A DNA stretch of 64,000 bases from positions 31,196 through 95,195 of the forward strand of contig JBBUAP010000004.1 in the NCBI GenBank assembly GCA_038058635.1, given 5' to 3'. Position numbers and translations under genes: made by a program. Source of the stretch: Patescibacteria group bacterium. Its GTDB lineage: Bacteria > Patescibacteriota > UBA1384 > 2-12-FULL-50-11. Position 1 is the first letter of the stretch. Every line of letters starts with the position of its first letter. This document shows, piece after piece, positions 26,566 to 34,524 of the stretch. The notes below the pieces were generated by a model. That model saw only the letters and a program-made list of their open reading frames with translations, was not told the origin of the DNA and did no database searches.

Positions 26566-26982
26566 TCAGAATCTGATTGTAACCCCTCCCTTTATTGTCA
26601 GAATTACACCAAACGTCGGATCGTCCATGACAAAAAAACTTGGATACGTACCGAAGTCGTTGGTACGCCCACGGTAGAACGGGATTTCGAGAGATTGGGT
26701 GCCTACCTCGCACAGCTTCTGAACGCAAGTTAAGTGAGCTTTAGCTGCGAGAGCGCTCACAACCTTTTCGACGTCCTCACTATCACGACAGATGATTGTC
26801 AGCATGTCATCTTCCGGTAATCCGAAGTCGATGGCCATAATCTCCCGTTGAAGATCTTGGTCGAAACTCACAGTGTTGTGAAGATAGTGAACGAGCAGTA
26901 TAAGATCGGCTTGCATCTTTAAATACTTCCGTGAAATCTCTCCGACTTTCGCTGCCCGATTGAGGAGCATCTTTACCATCAT
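26566..26982 (-). CDS. Hypothetical protein (138 aa), no recognisable family
   Basis: Clean ORF; paired with 26068..26412 as a two-gene minus-strand insertion between rplA and rplJ. Confidence 0.4.
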   Translation of the reverse strand: MMVKMLLNRAAKVGEISRKYLKMQADLILLVHYLHNTVSFDQDLQREIMAIDFGLPEDDMLTIICRDSEDVEKVVSALAAKAHLTCVQKLCEVGTQSLEIPFYRGRTNDFGTYPSFFVMDDPTFGVILTIKGGVTIRF

Positions 26983-27077
26983 TTGCCTCCGCGCTAGCCG
27001 TAGCTAGTTATGGAGAGATTATAGCTTTCCAAGCATCTGTAATCAATCCCTGTTTACCCTGAGCAAAGTCGAATGGG

Positions 27078-27106
27078 TTGACGTATTTTTTAAATAGTGG
27101 CATAAT
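27078..27106 (+). promoter_or_regulatory. Sigma70-like promoter for rplJ-rplL (TTGACG-17-CATAAT)
   Basis: ttgacg tattttttaaatagtgg cataat, about 175 nt upstream of rplJ. Confidence 0.55.
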
Positions 27107-27281
27107 CATTAAGTCCAAAGACAGTAGGTGACCTCTGCCAGCAGGCGGAACAAGTCGTAAGTCCTACCGAGGCAAGAACCAAAAATGCCGGTCTTTGACG
27201 CGGCTATTTCATTTTCAAATGAAATTTGTCACTTGAAACATAAATCAGCCTTTAGTTTTGGAACTTTAGACTTAAACAATA
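27107..27281 (+). ncRNA. rplJ 5' UTR, candidate ribosomal protein L10 leader (autoregulatory) element
   Basis: A ~175 nt untranslated leader directly upstream of rplJ, where the L10(L12)4-binding leader is found in many bacteria; the structure was not verified here. Confidence 0.3.
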
Positions 27282-28091
27282 ATGCCTATCTTAAGAGCCC
27301 AAAAAGAAGACCTAGTCGCCAAACTAACAGAGGAGTTGCAAAACTCTCGTATTGCTTTGGTCTTTGCTTACACCGCCCTAAATATGAAGGCCAACGACAC
27401 CCTGCGCACTCGCGCTTTTGAGGGCGGCGCCAAAGTAAAAATGATCTCCAACACTTTGCTCGCCATCATTTTGAAAAACATTGGCAAAGAATTGGAGATT
27501 CCGCAAAAGACCTTGGCTTTGGCCTACGGTTTTGAGGACGAAGTAATCGCCGCCAAAACCTTAGTGGAATTTGCCAAAGAAACTGAAACGCTGGAAGTAT
27601 TGGGTGGCTGGGTTGATGGCAATTTCTTTGACGCCTCGCAAATCAAAACTCTGGCAACTTTGCCAAACAAAGAAACCCTGCAAGCACAATTGGTTGGTCG
27701 CCTAAACGGTTTGATTGGTGGTTTGGCATATTCTTTGAACTTCCCAATTCAGAAGCTGGCCTTTGTGATTGAGGCAGTCAAGTCGGCTAGCGGTGAGCCA
27801 GTTGCGGCTGAAGCGCCAGAAACATCAGAGAAACCAGCTGACGAGCCAGTTACAGAAGCTGCTGAAGAATCCTTCGACCCCGCTGGAAACAGTGAGATTG
27901 TCGAATCTGCTCAGGATAAACCAACTGCAGAAACGGAACTAGTCGACACTCCTACCGAGCCTGCCGAAGAGAAGGCAGAGGAGTCAGACTCGTCCGACGA
28001 CCAGTCCGTCGAAGCTTCAGCGGAGGAAGAGGTAGTGGCGAAGTCGGAAGAAGTCCAAGAAGAAAGCAAAGAAGAAATAAAAGAAAGTTAA
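27282..28091 (+). CDS. rplJ: 50S ribosomal protein L10 with long acidic C-terminal extension
   Basis: MPILRAQKEDLVAKLTEELQNSRIALVFAYTALNMKANDTLRTRA is the L10 core; about 100 aa of Glu/Ser-rich tail. Confidence 0.9.
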   Translation: MPILRAQKEDLVAKLTEELQNSRIALVFAYTALNMKANDTLRTRAFEGGAKVKMISNTLLAIILKNIGKELEIPQKTLALAYGFEDEVIAAKTLVEFAKETETLEVLGGWVDGNFFDASQIKTLATLPNKETLQAQLVGRLNGLIGGLAYSLNFPIQKLAFVIEAVKSASGEPVAAEAPETSEKPADEPVTEAAEESFDPAGNSEIVESAQDKPTAETELVDTPTEPAEEKAEESDSSDDQSVEASAEEEVVAKSEEVQEESKEEIKES

Positions 28092-28103
28092 GAAAGGAAA
28101 TAA

Positions 28104-28484
28104 ATGGCAGAAAAAGTTGAAAAATTATTAGAACAGATTTCCGAGCTATCCGTAATGGAACTCTCGGAATTGGTTAAGGGTGTGGAAGAGAAGTTTGGTG
28201 TGAGCGCGATGCCAGTTATGGCTGCAGGTGCTGCTCCAGCCGCCGGCGGAGCCGCCGAAGCCGCCGAAGAGAAGTCGGAATACAATGTTGTCCTGACCGC
28301 CTCTGGCGAGCAAAAGATCGCCGTCATTAAGGCCGTCCGTGAAATCAAACAAGACTTAGGTCTTAAAGAAGCTAAGGATCTCGTTGACGCCGCTCCAAAA
28401 GAACTCGGTATCATGAAGAAGGCCGACGCTGAAGAAGCCAAGAAAAAGCTTGAAGAAGCCGGCGCAACGGTTGAACTAAAATAA
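28104..28484 (+). CDS. rplL: 50S ribosomal protein L7/L12
   Basis: N-terminal dimerisation helix, Ala/Gly-rich hinge, CTD ...[32 protein letters not shown]... Confidence 0.95.
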   Translation: MAEKVEKLLEQISELSVMELSELVKGVEEKFGVSAMPVMAAGAAPAAGGAAEAAEEKSEYNVVLTASGEQKIAVIKAVREIKQDLGLKEAKDLVDAAPKELGIMKKADAEEAKKKLEEAGATVELK

Positions 28485-28508
28485 ATTAGTCTCTAGTTTA
28501 GAAACGCA

Positions 28509-28534
28509 GAAACCGCCTTTCCGGGCGGTTTTTG
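28509..28534 (+). terminator. Rho-independent terminator after rplL
   Basis: aaaccgcc-tttcc-gggcggttttt. Confidence 0.6.
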
Positions 28535-28547
28535 CTACACTAAACTA

Positions 28548-29330
28548 ATGGACGAAACGCAAACAAAACTTAAAAAACTGCGCACATTCAACCGGGTGAT
28601 GTTTTTCTTACATGCGGCGCAAGGCGTGGCAATTCTACTCTTGAGCACCAACTTCACAGTACCCGTCAATGCTAGCTATCTGACATTTGATGTCGCAACA
28701 CAATCGCTCCTGCCGGCCTCGAGCGAACTATTTCGAATGTCGCTCGCCTGGCTTGTGGCGGCGTTTTTCTTTATCTCGGCTTTTGCCCACCTTTCGATCG
28801 CCACCTACTACAACAAAAACTACAATGCCAATCTCCTGCGCGGCCTGAACAAAGCTCGTTGGTGGGAGTACTCGATCTCAGCGTCGATAATGCTGATCGC
28901 CATCGCCATGCTGGTGGGAATATATGATTTCGGTACCTTAGTGCTGATATTTGGCCTCGGCGCGGCGATGAATATGATGGGCCTGATGATGGAAACGCAC
29001 AATTTGGGTGTGCTCGAGCGCGGCGACAAGCCGAATTGGCTAGCATTCAAACTCGGCTCGTTTGCTGGAGTAATTCCGTGGCTAATAATTGCCTTGGGTT
29101 TTTACTGGAGCAGCCGATTTAGCGGCGCTCAACCACCAACATTCGTTTACTGGATTTACGTTTCAATCTTCGTTTTCTTCAACTGCTTTGCGATTAATAT
29201 GTTCCTGCAGTACAAGCAAATCGGCCGTTGGCGCGACTACCTCTACGGCGAGCGAGCGTTTATTATCTTAAGCTTGGTCGCCAAGTCTTTATTGGCCTGG
29301 CAGGTTTTTGCCGGAACACTCCGGCCGTAA
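28548..29330 (+). CDS. Heliorhodopsin (inverted-topology microbial rhodopsin)
   Basis: 260 aa 7-TM protein; it aligns with heliorhodopsin 48C12 across FNR...HxxQ, RWWEYxxSASxM (counterion Glu) and IGRWRDY...LSLVAKSLLAWQV (Schiff-base Lys in TM7). Confidence 0.85.
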   Translation: MDETQTKLKKLRTFNRVMFFLHAAQGVAILLLSTNFTVPVNASYLTFDVATQSLLPASSELFRMSLAWLVAAFFFISAFAHLSIATYYNKNYNANLLRGLNKARWWEYSISASIMLIAIAMLVGIYDFGTLVLIFGLGAAMNMMGLMMETHNLGVLERGDKPNWLAFKLGSFAGVIPWLIIALGFYWSSRFSGAQPPTFVYWIYVSIFVFFNCFAINMFLQYKQIGRWRDYLYGERAFIILSLVAKSLLAWQVFAGTLRP

Positions 29331-29399
29331 GGCTGGAAGGACTATTCACTAGGTGGGGTAAATAGAGCTGTGCTGTCGAAGTTTTGATATTCTATTCAA

Positions 29400-29921
29400 A
29401 TGACTGAGACGATTGTGTTTGGTGGCGGATGCTTCTGGTGCACCGAGGCGATTTTTAAAATGCTCAAGGGGGTGGAATCGGTCGAGCCGGGTTATGCTGG
29501 CGGGACGACAGATAATCCGAGCTATCAGACTATTGGCGATCACGCCGAAGTGGTCAAGGTCGAATTCGATCCAGCGAAAATTGAATTTTCTGATTTGCTC
29601 ACAGTCTTTTTTGCGACGCACGACCCCACAACGCCTAACCAGCAGGGCGCGGATATTGGCTCGCAGTACCGATCACTCATATTATTCACAACGCTCGAGC
29701 AGGAAACCGACGCCCGGAAATTTATTGACGAGCTGAACGACTCGTCGGAATTTGGCGAGCCGATTGTCACCGAAATTAAGCCGCTAGAAAAGTTCTATCC
29801 GGCCGAAGCCGAACATCCCGGCTATTATCAACGCAACCAAAACACCGGCTACTGCCAGGTGGTCATTAATCCTAAGCTGCAAAAAGTCAAATCCAAATTC
29901 TCGCAACTGCTGGCCGAGTAA
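29400..29921 (+). CDS. msrA: Peptide methionine sulfoxide reductase MsrA
   Basis: Active-site GCFWC (FGGGCFWCTEAIF) plus the MsrA core. Confidence 0.9.
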   Translation: MTETIVFGGGCFWCTEAIFKMLKGVESVEPGYAGGTTDNPSYQTIGDHAEVVKVEFDPAKIEFSDLLTVFFATHDPTTPNQQGADIGSQYRSLILFTTLEQETDARKFIDELNDSSEFGEPIVTEIKPLEKFYPAEAEHPGYYQRNQNTGYCQVVINPKLQKVKSKFSQLLAE

Positions 29922-29976
29922 TAAGCGTATTTCTGCGGAAGTCACCGGAACGAGTAAATTTTGTTACGATAAATAA

Positions 29977-30801
29977 ATGAAAAAGATTTGGTGGATTGTA
30001 ATAGCGTTCGTCGTTTTAGTGGTGCTCTTTTTGATCGGCGGAGAGGTGTATAAACGACAAACCAATCCTCAAACAGCAACCAGCAGTACCGAAAATGGTG
30101 AAGCGCCGACAATCACGGCGAATTTTGTTGATCTGGATAAGATTGCCGCAATTACTAAATTTCGCAGTTGTCAGGGGCACATCGTCGTCCCGCAAGACGG
30201 TTCAGAAACCAGAAGTAATATGAAGCACTATCTTTATCTTAAAAAAGAATCCACCTCGGCTCGGCGACTAGTGAAATTGTACGCGCCGTTCGATGGATTT
30301 GTCAGCGACATCTATAAAGGCGACGAAGATTTTAGTGATCGTGATCCGGCTTCGCGGGACCTGACCGTAAGCAAGTCCAAGGGCCTCGGCGCTCGCAGTG
30401 ATTGGGGTTTTTCCTTTTTGCACATTGAGCCGCTCGATGGCCTGAAAGAAGGTAACGCAGTTAAGGCGGGAGAACTGCTTGGCTATGTCTCTCTCGAGCT
30501 AATCCCACCGTATTATGCCTTTGACGTTGTCTATGCCAAGATGGGGTCATTCCCCAAGAAAATCGACAAGTGGAACAGCCCGTACGCCGCTCTGGAATCG
30601 GCCTTTGCTCATATGGACAGCGATACCCTAGCCAAGTTTTCTGTTTTTGACGTCGATTCAGCTGACGACTTTGCCATTACTAAAGCAACCCGTGACGCCG
30701 CACCGTGCCAGTACGGCCCCGATGGCCGACAGTTCAACCAAGAGCGAGATGAGAATTGGTACAATGATTGGGTGGGCGACATAAACGATGCGGTAAACTA
30801 G
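29977..30801 (+). CDS. Membrane-anchored hypothetical protein, divergent LytM/M23-like domain (paralog A)
   Basis: N-terminal signal anchor MKKIWWIVIAFVVLVVLFLIGG; degenerate M23-like motifs (GHIVVPQDG, APFDGFV, LHIEPL...VKAGELLGYV). Confidence 0.45.
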   Translation: MKKIWWIVIAFVVLVVLFLIGGEVYKRQTNPQTATSSTENGEAPTITANFVDLDKIAAITKFRSCQGHIVVPQDGSETRSNMKHYLYLKKESTSARRLVKLYAPFDGFVSDIYKGDEDFSDRDPASRDLTVSKSKGLGARSDWGFSFLHIEPLDGLKEGNAVKAGELLGYVSLELIPPYYAFDVVYAKMGSFPKKIDKWNSPYAALESAFAHMDSDTLAKFSVFDVDSADDFAITKATRDAAPCQYGPDGRQFNQERDENWYNDWVGDINDAVN

Positions 30802-30807
30802 GAGACC

Positions 30808-32019
30808 ATGAAAAAGATTTGGTGGATTGTAATTGGGGTTGTGGTGGTTATAGTAATCATTAGTGGAGTGGTCTGGAGCAAATCACGAAGCCAACAAAAT
30901 GGTTCAAGGGTTAACGTTCCTTCGGCTGATAGTGGCCAGAGCCAAAAAGACAGTATTGCGGTTGCGGCCGGTAAAATGCTAACTAACAACAACTGCAAGG
31001 GCGAGGGGCCGGGCGTGCTAACTCGCTTGCCGATGGACGAGCCGGATTACGCTATGATTCTGCCTTACGGATTAATGGTTGGCGGTCATGTTACCCCCAT
31101 TGATCATCAATACTTTTCGCCGACGATCTTCAATTCGCCGCGCGACACCTATCCGGTTTACGCTATGGCCGATTCGAAGATAGTCGACATCCAACCCCGT
31201 ACAAACGAACGAGGAACGGAATATCGCTTTGTTTTCACGATGACCTGTACTTTTCAGTACTACTACGACTTGGTAACGAGTTTGACGCCGGAACTGAAAA
31301 CCGCCGTCGACAGTCGCCAGTTCAATATTGATGTTAAGGCAGGGGATTTGGTCGGACGAATTGGCGGCCAAACTTTGGATTTTGCAGTCTGGGACACCAC
31401 CAAGCCATTGAAAAATTTCGTTAACCCGAAGAGTTACGAAAGCGAAATCTGGAAAATCTACACCGCCGATCCGCTCGATTACTATACGCCCGAGATTAAA
31501 GTAAAAGCATTAGCGAAATACATTCGTACCACCGCTCCATTATCTGGCCGGATTGACTACGACATTGACGGCAAATTGATCGGCAGCTGGTTTTTGAAAG
31601 ACTCGGGCGGTTATGCCGGGCCAGGCGGAGGCAGCGAAGGTTACTGGGCGGGGCATTTAGCGATTGCGCCGGAGTATATCGACAATTCAGCAACAGTAAT
31701 TTCATTTGGGAGTTGGAACGGTGGCGAAGCCAAACAATTCACTGCCAAGAACCCGATTGACCCTGCTACTGTCGGTGTGGCGTCGGCGCTAACAAAATAC
31801 GAACTTTACGTGTCGCGCTACTACAAGCCCGACGGACAGATGTGGGACAATATGAAATTAGCCCACGACCTAAAATTGAAGATAAGTGAAAGTGAGCTTG
31901 GTGGCTGTGTCTTATTCCAGCTCACCAGCGCTCGCGAGTTGAGAGTGGAACAATTCGCCAAGAAAAAATGTACCGCAGTGGCTGGGTTTAGCGGTCAGGA
32001 AAAAACCTACGAACGCTAG
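30808..32019 (+). CDS. Membrane-anchored hypothetical protein, divergent LytM/M23-like domain (paralog B)
   Basis: Same N-terminus MKKIWWIVI (the first 26 nt are identical to paralog A); GGHVTPIDHQ, YAMADSKIVDI, VKAGDLVGRIGG. Confidence 0.45.
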   Translation: MKKIWWIVIGVVVVIVIISGVVWSKSRSQQNGSRVNVPSADSGQSQKDSIAVAAGKMLTNNNCKGEGPGVLTRLPMDEPDYAMILPYGLMVGGHVTPIDHQYFSPTIFNSPRDTYPVYAMADSKIVDIQPRTNERGTEYRFVFTMTCTFQYYYDLVTSLTPELKTAVDSRQFNIDVKAGDLVGRIGGQTLDFAVWDTTKPLKNFVNPKSYESEIWKIYTADPLDYYTPEIKVKALAKYIRTTAPLSGRIDYDIDGKLIGSWFLKDSGGYAGPGGGSEGYWAGHLAIAPEYIDNSATVISFGSWNGGEAKQFTAKNPIDPATVGVASALTKYELYVSRYYKPDGQMWDNMKLAHDLKLKISESELGGCVLFQLTSARELRVEQFAKKKCTAVAGFSGQEKTYER

Positions 32020-32033
32020 TATGTACAAAAGAG

Positions 32034-32117
32034 ATGAGTGATATCAGTAATATCAATTTATTCTGGTTCGCCTTGGTGGCGGTGTTGCTTTTCGCTCTTT
32101 ACATGCGGGGGCGATAA
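32034..32117 (+). CDS. Micro-ORF, 27 aa hydrophobic (single-TM) peptide (speculative)
   Basis: MSDISNINLFWFALVAVLLFALYMRGR; weak RBS; lies between two convincing genes. Confidence 0.2.
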   Translation: MSDISNINLFWFALVAVLLFALYMRGR

Positions 32118-32156
32118 AGTTAAAACAATAGATAGAATAGAAGGGAGGTGAATACA

Positions 32157-32321
32157 ATGGACAAACATTACGCTTGCCCAGGTGGTTGCGGTGGCTCGGC
32201 GATAGACGAGAAAGCTTGCGATACCGAGGGTTGTGAAAAAAACGGTGAAATGATGAAGGAGTGCGACTGCCACGACAACGAGCACGCTCAAGTCATGGAA
32301 CCAACCGGCGAAATCGCCTAA
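32157..32321 (+). CDS. Small Cys/His-rich acidic protein (54 aa), putative metal-binding
   Basis: MDKHYACPGGCGGSAIDEKACDTEGCEKNGEMMKECDCHDNEHAQVMEPTGEIA; excellent RBS AAGGGAGGTG 7 nt upstream; it falls below the 60 aa ORF cutoff. Confidence 0.45.
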   Translation: MDKHYACPGGCGGSAIDEKACDTEGCEKNGEMMKECDCHDNEHAQVMEPTGEIA

Positions 32322-32364
32322 GGCGCTCCTGTACGCTCGAGGGTGTTACTGGTAAGATTTAAAT

Positions 32365-32889
32365 ATGTCTGAAAAATCACAGACGATTCTTTTTTTGGTT
32401 CGTCATGGCCAGACCGATCACGGTTACAGCCAACAAGCCAATCTTGATAGTCAGCGACAGCTGACACTACTTGGTCGCGAACAGTCTGTCGCCGTCGGGC
32501 GATACTTGGCGGAATTTCAGCCAACAGCAATTTACTCCAGCCCGCTCGATCGTTGCCGCGATATGGCCGATATAATCCGGACCGAAGTGGGTTTAAAAGA
32601 CGACCTAGTGATTACTAAACAATTATCTGAGATTTACTCTACCGAACCGCGCCAAGAAGCAGGGGAGAGGGGAGAGTCAATTTTTGAAACTGTCTTGCGA
32701 GACCATCGGGGCGAGCAGGTGGTCGCCGTTACCCATCAATACATCATCGGCTACGTTATCGCCGAATATTTGGGAGTTGGGTTTCGAGATGTCCCTTGCG
32801 ATTTTGCCGATATTTATCGCCTGGTCTTTGCCGACGACACACTGGTCGAAGCCACCAGACTCCAGCCAGCACAGGCTATCAATAACTGA
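32365..32889 (+). CDS. Histidine phosphatase family protein (phosphoglycerate-mutase-like)
   Basis: The LVRHGQTDH catalytic RHG motif is at the N-terminus. Confidence 0.7.
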   Translation: MSEKSQTILFLVRHGQTDHGYSQQANLDSQRQLTLLGREQSVAVGRYLAEFQPTAIYSSPLDRCRDMADIIRTEVGLKDDLVITKQLSEIYSTEPRQEAGERGESIFETVLRDHRGEQVVAVTHQYIIGYVIAEYLGVGFRDVPCDFADIYRLVFADDTLVEATRLQPAQAINN

Positions 32890-32939
32890 AAATTATGCGC
32901 CCAAGCGTAATTTTCACAACACCCCTGTGGGTAGCGTGC

Positions 32940-34185
<1,246 letters not shown>

Positions 34186-34212
34186 CAACTCAACTTCTGG
34201 TATATTTAACTG

Positions 34213-34524
34213 ATGGTGGAGAGGGGAAAGCGGCCAGAGTTCCAAACAGGGGCGCCCGAAATAAAAGTGGCACCGGAATTTCCGGGGGACGATAGCTCTT
34301 CTAGTTTCGAACACAATCCGGCTGGTTTACCGTCTGCCACTCCTGAAATTACACCGGCTCCATCAGTATCCTCTCCAGAATCGAGATTACCATCTGACGG
34401 AGAGCCTGTGATTCATAGCCACGACCAGACGGTGGGTTTTGAGGAAATTCCTAAAGGTGAAAATACGCTGCGTGACCAAGATACGGTCGACGCAGTGTTT
34501 GAAAGGGAAGCAAGAAGTCAATGA
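34213..34524 (+). CDS. Small Pro/Ser-rich disordered protein (hypothetical), translationally coupled to the next gene
   Basis: 103 aa low-complexity protein; ATGA overlap with the downstream ATPase gene; no obvious SD, so the call is tentative. Confidence 0.35.
   Translation: MVERGKRPEFQTGAPEIKVAPEFPGDDSSSSFEHNPAGLPSATPEITPAPSVSSPESRLPSDGEPVIHSHDQTVGFEEIPKGENTLRDQDTVDAVFEREARSQ

Noticed and set aside
32058-32291. 77 aa minus-strand ORF (TTG start)
   Set aside because: It is antisense to two plus-strand small ORFs, one of which has a near-perfect RBS. It uses a TTG start without an RBS.
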